The notes under the pieces were generated by a model. The model had not been told where the DNA came from, made no database searches, and saw only the letters and a list, made by a program, of their open reading frames with translations. DNA of 62,849 nucleotides, the filler included. It is 13 parts of 13 records of this genome, joined end to end, with 100 filler letters (N's around TTAATTAATTAA, not from the genome) between each part and the next. Parts side by side here need not be neighbours in the genome. Positions count along the whole stretch, not along the records: positions 34,611 to 42,711 come from SRR7504441_12213; positions 42,812 to 46,481 come from SRR7504441_12214; positions 46,582 to 51,786 come from SRR7504441_12218; 10 more parts are not named here. One strand, given 5' to 3'. Within the stretch, counting starts at the first letter, position 1, and every line of letters begins with the position of its first letter. A program made the translations under genes and the position numbers. Shown in pieces: positions 35,345 to 47,504 of this stretch.

Positions 35345-38094
35345 TCATCGCCACTCGCGAGGAGCTCCATTCGGTGCCTTGGCTGGAGTGGTCCTCGCGC
35401 TCCGAGTGAGTGCCATCGACTTGGCGATCCGCTGCACGTATCCCGGTGCCTGGTGGATCTCCGGTTGAAAGGTGCATTCGGCCAGCTCAGCATCCTGCTG
35501 ATCAATCTGGTGCTGGATCATCCGGCGATCCTGCTCCATCTGTTCTTGCTGCACTCGCGCAATGTATGTATCAGGCTCTGACAGGATCCGCAGCCGGCCT
35601 GCCACGCGATCAGTGGCATCCAGCACTGAGCAAAGCCCACCTTCGACGCCTGGCGTGGACAGGATCCGCGGCTGGAAGGTGGCCCCCTTCATCTCCTGCT
35701 GCTGTGCCCGCAGCCGGAGCGCCTCTTGTGTGGCCTCTCGCTTCAGAGCGTCGCCTATCTCCCCGTAAGCACCGCTCACCAGCTGGCTGGACCTGTGCTT
35801 AGCTCCTCCACAGATCGAGCCCGTTGCTCCATCCCCTTGGCAGAGATACGAGGCTTGAACGTGCACTCACGGTCACGGCTCTTTCGGTGGAGCAGCTGAT
35901 CGTTGTGCGCCTTCTGCTGCTGGTGCTGCTGCTGCCGCTCCAAGAAGCTGTCAGCTCGACCCTGCCGCTGGGTGATCGCCAACGACTTCTTGCACAGCAT
36001 CGGCTCGTGAGACGGCTCGAGGGCTTTCTGCATCTTGCTTATCTTCACCCGCCGCGCCTCCTCCTGCAGAAACCACTCAGTCGTCAGCCCCGATCAGGCA
36101 CAAACCTTCTCCTTTTGCCGCTCGAGGAACCCATCGACGCTCTTCTGTCGATCTGCCTGGCTCGGGCGTGACACTGAACTGCTCCGGCGGGGGGGCGACT
36201 GGCTCCGCCGCTGAGAGCTACTCCGAGACTGGCTGTAAAGCCTCTCGAATGGGTCAGCTTCCAGGTAAGAGTGGGCCGAGCTCATGTGTCGAGCCACCTG
36301 CCGCCACTCAGCCGGGGCTGCCAGGGGCGGTGCCTTGTTAGTCTGCGGGTTGAAGGTGCAGTCCTGGGTGCCGGTCGGAAGCGGCTTAGGACGGTTGGTC
36401 TTGTGCTTTGACGGCGAGTCAAGGTATCGAGCAGTCTGGCTGCCATCGCCTGGGTTGATCCGAGGCCGGAACGTGCAGGTGCTGCCACCAGGCTCAGCAC
36501 CGCCAACCGAAGCCAGAAGACCGCTGGATCTCCTGCTCCTCGAGCTGTTCTTTGAGCTCGCTGTAGTCCTTGCGGTTCTTGGCTAGTTGATACCTGCCCT
36601 CAACCCTCAGCTCAAATTCGCCCCATGTCGCGCACAGCCGCTCCGTCGCCTTCTCCGCCACGTCATGATCGGCACAGACAGACGCCGGCCGCGAGGACAC
36701 AGACCTGAAGGTGCAGGAGAGTGCTTCGTCCTGCGCCCGATCACGGCCTCCCTGGCCGGAGCGGCGTGCCTTCTCCTTGTCCTGCCGCTTGGCCTGCGAG
36801 CGATTGTCCCTGTCGCGTTTCCACTTTGTCGTCCGCTCGTAAAACGCCTCCGAGTCGCGCCGACTGACCGAACTGGACCGGCGCCGGCCGCTCGCCGGCT
36901 GGACGCTGCTGCTCACGGAAGATTCCTCCGAGGCTGGCGGTTGGGCTTTCTCCCGCTTGCGAGTCGAGGACAGCCTGAACTCGTTTGGCTCTGTGGGTGC
37001 CCACTGGCCAGGCTGCCGCTTGGACGGCCGGGCGGTGGCCGGGGTGCGCGGTCGGCGTTTGGATTGTGCGGCGGCGGCCCGACCGGTCGGTGTCGCGGCT
37101 GCCCACGAGTGAAGCTCGGGCACGACTCTGTCGGCAGTGACTCTGTCGGCAGTGGCCGGCCGGTCAGGCAGCGTGTGCTTATGCAGCATGTGCGCGATGC
37201 TCTGGTTGAGCCCTCGCACAAACTGCTGCTGCTCCGCCCTGCGCACCCGGCTCGACCCTCATCTTTGCCCGCACAGGCACCGGCTGCCGTTATGTGGCGA
37301 AAGCTGCTTCGGCTCAGCGTGTGCGCGCGTCTCGATGGGCGCAGTGGACGCGTCCGCAGGCTCCCTGCCGACTGAGTCAGTCCAAGGCAGGTGGCTGCGG
37401 CTGCCTGGTGTCGGCAGGCGGCTCCGACACGCTCGCTGGTGATCCGTGCTCTCCGGCCTATCCCGTGCCGTCAGTCAGCGCCCGCAGCGCAGCCCACCGC
37501 GGCGATGTAGCCCTCGTTCCGTTGGATTAGCCCGCGGTACCGCTGGTAGCTCTGCTGCAGCGCCTCGCCTCCTCCGCTGAGCAGCTCGTGTAATCGCTGC
37601 CCGTCCGCACTGCCCGACGGCATCTGCTGTCGCCGCTTATCCTCGATCAGCCGTTGAATGATCCCACGCCGCTCCTCGTCGGTGCCTGCCGGCCCGCTCC
37701 CGTCCGGCGACAGGGCGCGCCCCACCTGCTGGCCGCGACATGGCTCGGACTGCCTCGCTTAAACTCAGCGCGCCCTCCTTGTCGGAGGCGTCGGCTGGCC
37801 GCGGGGTGTGATGGCGGGCGGGGCGGGGCGGGGCACCGGGCATGTTGACATCCCGCGTGGTCAGCGGGGTATGCCCGCCCGGCGACGGGGCCGGGGGCGG
37901 CCGGGCGGCTGGCTGGTTGTAACGATTGTTGCTGTGGTGGCCGTGCACCTTGGACAGCTGCGGGAGGACGTGTTAGGCCCGGGCCGGGAGGGCGTGCCGG
38001 GCACCTGGTCGAACAGCTCCTGCTTGCTGATCTCGCCCGCCTTGAGCTGGCTGACCAGCGCGGCCACCGAGGTGGTGGCAGTGGGCCCAGACAT
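35345..38094 (-). CDS. TFxP-repeat protein, putative microtubule/cilia-associated; many introns
   Basis: Repeated CTFRP, CTFNP, CTFKPRIS, TFQPRI and CTFQPEIH motifs. Confidence 0.65.
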
Positions 38095-38115
38095 GCCTCT
38101 CAGCTCAGTGGGACC

Positions 38116-38160
38116 ATTTCACACAGATTTTCGTGAGTCAAAATTTCACAGAGATTTTCG
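38116..38160. repeat. 18-bp near-perfect direct repeat in a divergent promoter
   Basis: ATTTCACACAGATTTTCG (38116-38133) and ATTTCACAGAGATTTTCG (38143-38160). Confidence 0.85.
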
Positions 38161-38180
38161 GTTTCACGGCAGCAGCAGGG

Positions 38181-41100
38181 ATGACGACTGTACGGGCCTT
38201 CTCGCTGGCCCTGGCCCGGAGCGGGGGCGGGGCCGAGCAGAGCCTGGACCTCGACGCGTTCGCCGACACTCTGGTCCCCGCCACCCCGCCCGCAGCCCGC
38301 TCACCGGCCGGCTAGGCCGCCGCGCTTCGGGTTGAGCCCTGGAGCATTTCCGTGGCCGCCGACCCTTCGGGGCCTGCGCCGGTGCCCTGCGGCCCGCGGG
38401 CCGGGCCGACTGGGCGGCACAGTTGGAGGCCACCTTGTTCGCCGCGCCCGCGCTCCCTGCCGAGTCGCTCTCCCGCCTCACAGGCCGGGTGGTGCAGGAC
38501 TCCGAGGCACCAGCCCCGGGGCCGGCCCGGGGCCGATCCCGCGGCCAGGCTAGCGCAGGATTCCGCATCGAGCGGCTGGAGCTGACCGACGCGCCACTGG
38601 TCCCACCGCCGCCAGGGTTTGGTGCGGCTATCGGTCGGGCCGTTGGCGGAGGCCGTCGGGACAGCCGAAGCGGCGCCGTTGACCGACGATGAGCGGGATC
38701 GGGCGGTGGGGCTGTTTGGCGCGATGGACACGGAGCGGACTGGTGCGGGCGGGCGGGGCTGGGGGCGAGGTTGGAGGCTCAGGCCGACTCCGTCCCGGCA
38801 AGGAGCTCAAGCTGCTGGGCGAGGCTGCTGGCAACACATTGGGCTGGCTCACGAGCAGTTCAAGCGTCGGGCTAGCCGACTGGTTCTTGTATCTCGAGTT
38901 GCTCAAAGGTGCCCCTGCGCAGCTGGTGCTGGCCAGCCGGTGGCAGCGAGCGGCGGAGCTGAGGTGCTCGGATCCCGGCTGCAAGTACGGCTGATTGCTG
39001 GATCGGGTCTGAGTTATTGGCAGGGCTGGAACGAGCAAGCGGCGGCTCGGGCGGCCCCGCGCACAGAGCTGAGCGTCAGTGACCGCCGGGCGGTGGGCCG
39101 GCCGGCCGGCTGGGTGCGAGTGCCGGGTCAGATCAAGTCATGGGAGAGGGAGGTGGTCGGCTGGGCGGTCGCTCAGGGCCAAGGCGTAGCCAAGTGGCCC
39201 ATCCAGCTGGCCGATCATCTGGCCGCCGGGGAGATCAGCTGCCGCGACATGCTCTGCACGCTGCTCCGTCAGCACTCTGCCGAACTAGTAGCAGGCCAGA
39301 TACACCTCGAATTTCTTTTCGAGCGGATCCCGGCCGCGCCCTCCGAGGTGACCACCCGCCCTGACCCTGCCGACCCCTGGCAGGTGATCGACGGCGCCCG
39401 GATCAAGAGCCCGAGCCCGAGCCCACAGCCCGCCAGCCCGGCCCGAAGCCCGCCGAAGCCCGACCCAGCAGCCGAGTGCCTGGAGGCGGCTGAGCAAGTC
39501 TTCCAGATGTTGGATCGGGACGGGAACAAACTTGTGACTTCCGATGAGATTCGGGCCATGATCCTGTGCGAGCTCCCAATGGCCATACCGGAGTCGCAGA
39601 TTGAATCAGGCATCTCGCACAGCCAGTGGATTGGTTCGTGGCAAGAGGCACTCGACGCACTAGATCCGGGGTCTGTCAGTCAGATGCTCCAGCAGCTTCT
39701 CGAGTCAGCTGCTCTTGTACTCTCCAGGCCGAGCTTCAACCGGTGCTGCGAGCTGTACAACGAGCACGGCTCCGGGCTTGGAGCCATGCTCCAGAAAGAA
39801 GCGGATGCTGGGAGTGCGCTGGCAAGTCGTTTGATACAGGCTCAGTTTGGCTCCATGAGTGAATGGCTGCAGCTAGCTGCTACCGAGGCTCGGGCCCAGG
39901 GCGGGGCACATGCACTCAGTGAGCTTCTCGCCCAGGCATGTTAGCGCCTGGGGCAGGCTGAGCCGGCTGGCAGCTTGACTCACCCGATGAGCCCTCGCCG
40001 GCCAAACCGGCAAGCCGCTCGCCTTCACCCGCCAAGGGGGGCAAGGCCAAGCCAGCAGAGCTCCAGCCAGTGAACCGCGAGCAGCCCGGACGAGGCCGGC
40101 CGACCACCAAGGAAGGGGCCAGGCTGACGGCCATATGGGACTCGATGAACTGCCGCCCCGACGAGCGACAGGCGAGCAAGCAGGCGACACCGCGCGACCA
40201 CGTCGACATCCAGGCGACTAACTGGCCAGCTAACCGTCGAGTCTGTGGGGCAGGACGTTGAGTTTTCGGTGCGGGGAAGCCTGAGCTTGCCGGAGGTGGT
40301 CTGGTTGATCAATTGGCTGTACAGCACCGCCGAAAAGCCGCCTCCTGTCGACAAGGGCGACCACACGGCCACAATGCGACTGGAAGTGAGCCGCGCCGAC
40401 TGGGAGCACGGCATGTGCACGCTCAAAAAGTCTCTGGGCCCGGAGAAATTCGGAGAGTTGCTTGAAAAGATCCTCTCCGGGCTTGAGAGCTCTCCGAGTG
40501 AGCTGCAAGCCGAGCTCGACCAAGTGTGGCATCCCGAAGCGGCGTCGGGTACCAACGGAGCCCCGTGGGAGCCGCATTTGGTGCTGGTGGCGGTGGCACA
40601 GCCAGGGTTGTGCAAGAGGCTTGGTCGGGAGTCGTTCATTGATCAGTTTGACATGCGGCGGGACGTGGATGCGACCGTGATTCTCGCGTCCAAGGCTGAC
40701 GAGACCAGGAGATCAGCTTTCTCTGAGGAGAATGCAGTCGCGTGCGGTCCAAGGCCGAGGCCGGACCAGTCTAACCCAAAGCATGAGGGCGTTCTGAAGG
40801 GACTAGCCTGTTTCCCAGGGAGCAGGCCGTCCTCGACAGTTATAAGTTTCCCAGGGAGTGAGACGCAGGGCGCGTTCGAGCAGAGTATGTGGCAATACAA
40901 TGCGAAAGCAGGGGTCGAATATGGTGACTCCGTGCTTCACGTGGCTGCTCGGCACCACAATTTGCTCGCAGTCAAGTGGCTACTCAGCCAGGGCGCGTCT
41001 CTTGCTCGTAGGAACGAAGCAGGGCGCACAGCATACGAGTGTGCTGAGCAGTATGGGGACCTGGCAGCAGCCAAGCGGACTCAAGAGTGCTTTTCTGCCG

Positions 41101-42504
41101 AGTATCAGGAACTAGTGGCCTCTCGCAAGGTTGTCAGCCCACACTATTATCAGGGATTAATTGGTTTGGGTCAGGCTGCAGGCAGGCAGGCTTCGCCAGT
41201 GCTGCGCGCACGACAGGAGGCTCGTCGGAAGGCAGCGCTTGAGCAGGGAGAAGAACAAGTCCAACAGGTTGGTGGCAGCCGTGCTTGCAGCTGACAGCCA
41301 GCGCAGGAGTTTCTCTCAGAGATAGAGAAGATCCGGGCCATGAAGGATGCCGCAAAGTTCATCCGCAACCAAGAGCGGGACCAGCGCAACGAGGTGCACC
41401 CAGCTTAAGAGCAGGCGAGGTGCACACACGGGGGCTGCAGGAAATCTGGTCCAAGCGAGCCGCTCAGAGGGCAGTCGGGCTGGGCAAGAGTGACGGGCTA
41501 GACGAATATGAGACGGGCGACATGCACCTGGCGCAGTCGCAGCTGGCGTGCGTGCACGTGCTTGGCGGACAGGTGGCTGGCCGGGCTGGCTCGGCCTGAG
41601 TGTGTTGTTCAGCCAAACCGGTTCGACCAGGCCATGCAGCAACAAGAATCAGACGGTAAGTTTGGGCCGACGGAGTTGGCCCGGGAGGAGATCCGACTCC
41701 GGAATGAGGCCATCCGGCAGCAGCAGAAGGCAGAGGTGGATCTGATCCCCACGCCCTCTAAACGGGCCGCGCAAACACGGAGGTCTGCAACCCGGCAGAA
41801 GAGTCCAAGCCGGGTCAGATCTAATCGGAGGGGTGTTTCTCCTATGAACAAGTCAGCTGCCCGGCTGAGTGGCTACGCGTCAGCCAGCCAACGCCACATA
41901 GAAGCACTTGCAGAGTTCGAAGAGGAGATTGAGGGGATGGACGACCAGCTGGAACAGATTGCTGTGCCGCGACCCAGTGCCGCTTCGACTGGAAAATTCA
42001 GCCGTGCCGGCCGTTCTTCTTGCCCCAGGTGCGATTAGGCCTGCTGTGCGGCGTCTGAGAGGCGCATGCTGGTGCAGCAAGAGCCCGCTGTTCCGATCCG
42101 CCGTCCGGACTCTTGCAGATATCAACCCACGCCAAGGATACGCCAAGAGGGGTGGTCCTGAGCCAGCTGCAAGCTTCTCAGCCGTGCAGTCTGCTCCTGA
42201 TGAGGCGCAGTGGCACGAGGGCGAGAAGTGGCTGATGGACCAGATGAGTGCTGTGACGTCCACAAAGAAATCTACCCCCAAGTCACTAAACCGACAGGCC
42301 TCGCCAGGCCGACCCAAATGGAATAGCTCACCAAGTTTGAGGAGCCAGACTGCGAGCGGAGCATGGAGGCAAGAGCTCAAGCATGCACAGCCCAAGCACT
42401 CAATGAGCGGAGTGCGTGGCGGCCCTAGCACAGTGCAAGAGTGCAATTTCACAACCTATATGATCGAAAAAGAGGACCGAGCTTATGGGATCACGCACGA
42501 TTGA
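38181..42504 (+). CDS. Large multi-exon protein with EF-hand and ankyrin repeat
   Basis: LDRDGNKLVTSDE; GDSVLHVAARH...GRTAYE. Exon structure approximate. Confidence 0.6.
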
Positions 42505-42853
42505 TTGAGCTCAAAGGAGACATTACTTAGGCCAGCAGTAGGCTGCCTAAGGAGGGACGTCATGAGTTCACAAATGCCTGTTGTGGTTACGTACGGCTGG
42601 TGTGTCGTAATTATTTTCATCGGCGGTGTACGTGCACATTTTAGAATACAATATTTGATCAATATTTAATCGCTCCACTCCAACATGTATTAACATAGAC
42701 TAATAATTTGCNNNNNNNNNNNNNNNNNNNNNNNNNNNNNNNNNNNNNNNNNNNNTTAATTAATTAANNNNNNNNNNNNNNNNNNNNNNNNNNNNNNNNN
42801 NNNNNNNNNNNGCACGGGCTTCATCGTCGGTGCCATCGGTGCCGGGATCCGAA

Positions 42854-43564
42854 ATGCAGCTCAGCGACAACCCGAATTGGTACTATCTGCTGCGCGAAAT
42901 GTACGAGCTGTATCGGAAGATCCCGGCCGGCGGTAGCCTCCCTATCCGCGAGCACCAGCGTGCGGTGCGGGAGGCCGTAGAAGCGGTGCTTCAGGAGAAT
43001 CCGCCGCTCCGGCTGGGCTTAGCCAAAGACAAGCCGGTGACGGCGCACATGCAAAGAGCGCTGGACGAGGGGCGGCTCGAGCGCGGCAAGCTGGCGGCGA
43101 TAGTGCGGTCTATCGATGCGATCAAATCCGACTTAGTCTGGCGGTGGGGATACGACCACGGGACAATGCCCGAGCGCCTACGGGCTTCGTACGCGTTTGC
43201 GGAGATGATTGGGCCGTCTGGACCGGTTGTCACAGATAAGGTGACGCTTGGTTTGGTACTTTTTGAAGGGGGCTGCTCATATCCGTCGCACGCGCACGAC
43301 GGGATCACCGAGTCATACGTGTGTCTATCCGGCTCGGTAAGCGAGAACAACCACGGGGTGTACACCCCTGGATCGATGATCTTCAACGAGCCCGGGTACG
43401 ACCACCAGATCACCGTGAGCGACCTGGAACCTGCGCTGCTCGCGTACGCGTGGATGGGTTCGCCAGATGGGCTAAAGCATTTCAAGATGGAATTCAACGA
43501 CATAAAGGCGCAGCCGCAGAGTGACCCACCCTGGCGTCCCGACATATGGCGCCCTTCGCAATAA
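42854..43564 (+). CDS. dddL: DddL-like cupin dimethylsulfoniopropionate (DMSP) lyase; intronless, frame open upstream to the contig edge (42812)
   Basis: LSDNPNWYYLLRE...AGGS.PIR.H, KPVTAH..RALD.G, W.WGY, YA.AE.IGP.GPV, LGLVLF, YPSHAHDGITESY, SEN..GVY.PGS.I.N.PG..H.IT..DLEPALLAYAW. Collinear, from memory, with alphaproteobacterial DddL over the full length. Confidence 0.85.
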   Translation: MQLSDNPNWYYLLREMYELYRKIPAGGSLPIREHQRAVREAVEAVLQENPPLRLGLAKDKPVTAHMQRALDEGRLERGKLAAIVRSIDAIKSDLVWRWGYDHGTMPERLRASYAFAEMIGPSGPVVTDKVTLGLVLFEGGCSYPSHAHDGITESYVCLSGSVSENNHGVYTPGSMIFNEPGYDHQITVSDLEPALLAYAWMGSPDGLKHFKMEFNDIKAQPQSDPPWRPDIWRPSQ

Positions 43565-43769
43565 ATCAGGCGTGGTGGGATGATACAAATACCACCACAC
43601 TGGTCGTCTACTATTACATGTACATAATCCGGCTTATCGCATGATTCTGGCCGTGATGCTTGAAATCGAGTACGTCAAGTACGTCGCGTATGATGTCTAT
43701 CATGGTCCAGAGTTATAATGATGAAGTTTCCACCTCTCATCTAATTCTTGCTGAAGTACGTGTGTCTAT

Positions 43770-46478
43770 CTACTTGTAATAATCTATCATCTGTTTGTAG
43801 TATTGATCAAGTCCGTACGGCTTCTCCCACTGGGTCTCCTTGGTCCGCATGTTGGAGTAATAGAATTTCCTTGACTGATCCATGAATGTACCCCAAATGC
43901 ATTTCCCGTCGTAGGGCGCTGGAGGTTCGACCCTGCCCACTGCTCTCAGCAGCCGGCCAACAGCGCGCATTAGTTGGCATGTACGCACCCACACTCACAG
44001 CACGTCTCCCAATATCGCCCGCGCAGGTAGTCCTGATGTGCTTCGGCCATGGGGCTAGATGGTCCAGACTTGAGCACCCTTGCGTGCACTCCATCGACGG
44101 GGCACTTACCGCAGTAGGCCAAGAATTCGCCGTGGGCACACACCACTCGCCCGTCCGGTTTACCTTTGACCTTCTTGACACCAAACTGAGCCCCGACGCA
44201 CTTGCAAGCATAGCCGTCGGCATTGCCATCTGCTAAAACTGACGCACTTTTGCAGCAAAGCGACTCGTACTCATTGTGCCAGCAGACCACCTCTTCGTCG
44301 TCTTCGAGCCTGCCCCACAGTCAGCCCACATGTGATTGCATGGGTGCTACATCACACAGTACTGCCCGTCCTGATGGCATTTGCCGCAATATCCTCCGTA
44401 CCGCTCGTGATGGCACACCAGCCTCACCATCTTCATGTCCGGCTCGCCCAGAAGCCGGTGAGACTCTTTGAATTCGAACGGCTCGTCTGCGCTGAGCAGC
44501 TGATCCGATGAGATCGACCCGCACCAGAACTTCTCAATGTGCATCGCCACCAGGTGCGTGCCTTGTGTATGCTTAACGAACGGGGGCGATTCCGGGTCAT
44601 AGAGCGTATCGGTCAAGTCTCTCAGCAGGACTGGCTCATTCCCGTGGATCACCTGGCCTGCTCCGTCAGACAAACAGCCAGGTGCGGAGCGCCACCATCT
44701 GTCTCACACCAAACCCAGCCCCGAGCAATGAATAGTTGGCGTGCACTCCGCACATGATGACGTGCTTGCGGTTTTCTTTCTTGAGCAGGTCGAGAGCCTG
44801 GAACTTTTCGCAGAGTTGGTCACCAATCTCAAATAGGTCGTATCGCCACTTTGTATTGCACCGTTTGAGATCCTTTCGGCACTTGCCTTGCTCGGCTGGA
44901 CAGGAGCACCCAGTGTGCGCTTGCGCTTCCCAGCCCTCATCGCCAATGTCAGATATCGGCAAACAAGGCTCCTGCCTCGCGTGGATACCCTCAGACTTGC
45001 CTCTGGTGCACCAATCTTCTGGTATATTTTGAGAGCCCACCTGGCCCAAGTCGTGCCCCGAGGCGGCCAGCGTGCACCGTGGCTGTGACGGCCTGCGAAA
45101 CGCGGTGCTGGTTCCCGAGGGTGCCAAGGAACGCCTTGAGATCGACAGTTTGCTGTCGGCGCATTGACGGAGGCATCGCACTATTCGCGTGGATGATCTG
45201 GACGCCCTGCGAACGGAGCGAAGAAGCCACGTCCTTGATCCGGGCCTCCATCTCGTCTATCCGGCCAGTGGCCCCCTTGCACCAGTGCTTTTGCCACATG
45301 TCGCATATCACCAAAGCAGTCTCCTCCGGCGCCCAGCTGAGCTCCTGGTCGGGCTGGCCGGTCCGCCGGGCCGTCAGCTTGATCGGGCGGCTTCCCGTGG
45401 GCGGCCAGCGGGCGTTGATCTCGGGGTTTGTGAGCTGATAGTCCTGGATTAGGCGCGCGCATTGCTCCTCGGCCCATTGGTCGTCGGCCGCCTCACCGCC
45501 CGTGATGTCTCTGTGCACTCGACTCACCTGAACCATTACTCGTGAGCCCATTCCAGCTCAGCCAGGCACCTTGTACTCAGACTGGTCACTGCTCGAGTCC
45601 ACAGAACACACCAGCACCATGTCTGAAAGCAGCATCAGCGCCAGCTCCTGAAACTTGGTGTCCTCCGTATGCAGCTTACCGAACCCTGTCACAGAACGGA
45701 CCAACCGACGGGTCATGTCTGCGTGCAGGTTGCAGTTGAGCCCGGTCACGCCGGCCTCGGCCTTGAGCAACATCTGGTACTCCTTGTACACCCGATCCAC
45801 CTTCTGTTCGGCCTCAATAAACTCGCCCAGCACAGCAGTCAGCTCATTGTGATCCGCCGCCTCGGGGCCACTCTCCTTGATCAACTCCATCAGGCTCGCG
45901 CGATAATTGATAAACCCCTGCATCGGCGCCATGCACATGCTGGACAGCGTCGGGCCTTTAAACCCTGCCTTTTGGTCCTGGACCGCCTTCAAGGCGTTGA
46001 GACAGGTTTTGACGCTGCGATTCTTCAGCGCCTTCATGATCGGCGCATGAAAGCAGGTCATGCAGAGAAACTCGACCACCTGGTCGTGCTGGGCGCCGCG
46101 CCGGTAGACCGGGGCGAGCGGCCGGCCGTCCGCCAGCGCGGCCTCTGCCTCGCTGGCCCGATCGGTGCGGTCCACCAGCATAGTCTGGCAGCAGGCCACC
46201 AGCCTGCCTATATCGTCCAGCAGCACCTCGTGCGGGACATCCAAGCTGGTCGGCCACTCGAAGGTCTCGCCGCGCTGGCCATCCAGCTGCAGGTCGAGCT
46301 TGCCTTGGCGCATCATTGTCTCCAGCGGGAGCAGGTAGCTCTCGAGCATCTGAGAGGCCGTGTCCCTCAGCTTGGCCGCCACCTCGACCAGCTCCTTCTT
46401 GACTGAATGGATCATCCGCTCCTGCTTTGTGCCCGCCACCCGGTCCAAGTCCGCCGCCAGCGCTTGCTCACCCGCCAT
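43770..46478 (-). CDS. Fusion: DH (RhoGEF-like)/PH + isochorismatase-like hydrolase + Cys/His repeats + WW; multi-exon
   Basis: LSSMCMAPMQGFINY..L.EL (DH-like); TALVICDMW..HWC, GVHAN, LRDLTD..Y.P (isochorismatase-like); W...FYYSN...TQWEKP (WW). In-frame intron at 45528-45569. Confidence 0.65.
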
Positions 46479-46581
46479 CTCNNNNNNNNNNNNNNNNNNN
46501 NNNNNNNNNNNNNNNNNNNNNNNNNTTAATTAATTAANNNNNNNNNNNNNNNNNNNNNNNNNNNNNNNNNNNNNNNNNNNN

Positions 46582-47376
46582 GTGTGCTCCGGGAGCTGGA
46601 GGAGCAGGTGCAGGGGCGTCGGGAGAGGTGCGGAGCGGGGGCAGGTCTCCCGGCTGGAGCGGCAGCACCGTCTGCACGAGTCGGAGGTGGCGCAGATCCG
46701 CGACCAGAAGGCCGAGGCCTCACCGCGCGCCGTGCGCCGCCCGAGCCGGCCGGGCAGATGCGGGAGCGGCTGGGGAAGTTGGGCGAGGTCAAGCAGGTGA
46801 TGGAAGCCCGGGTGGGCAAGCGCCAGCAGGTGACACGGAGGCCCGAGCCCGGGCCAGCGGGGGCAGCGGGACGCGCTGGAGCGGGCAGTGGCGGCGATGC
46901 GAGCGGACCGGCTGCGGCTGGCGGAGGAGGTGCGTGGGCTGGCGGGGCAGAAGTGCCGGCTGCTGGATGAGGTGAGCCGGGCCCGGGGCCGTGTGGGAGG
47001 GTTGGGGAAGGTCGACGGGTTGGATGACGAGATAGAGAGCCTGCTGCAGCGGGGGCGGCAGTCGAGCGCGGCGCACCGGCGGTTGGCGGGCGGGTGAGTG
47101 GGGCTGACCGGAGGGGGCAGCGAGGAGCAGCAGCACGAGCAGCTGCGGGAGGAGGTGGTCAGGCTAGAGCAGGCCTGCGCGGAGCAGCAGACGCGGTACG
47201 CTGCACTCGAGCTGAGCATGGCGCAGCTGCGGGCGGACGAGCAGGCTTTTGCGGACTTCCAGCCGCCCGAAGGCTCGGTGCTCGCCCACGAGCGGGCGCA
47301 AGGCCGGGCGAGCACATTGCGGGCGGCCAAGCAGTCTGGGGAGAGTGCTCGGACTGATCCGGCTCACTCAAACTAG
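46582..47376 (+). CDS. 3' part of a coiled-coil protein
   Basis: Short exons with heptad content separated by tiny introns. Confidence 0.5.
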
Positions 47377-47504
47377 AGAGCCCGGTTCCATAAACTCGTA
47401 AATTAATGGTTAGCACTATCTGTAGCAAGCGCCTCCAGAGCCGCCCACCTCTCAGCATTCAGGCAGCAGAAGCGTCCCGCCACGGGAGGCTCAGGCTGCT
47501 CAAA

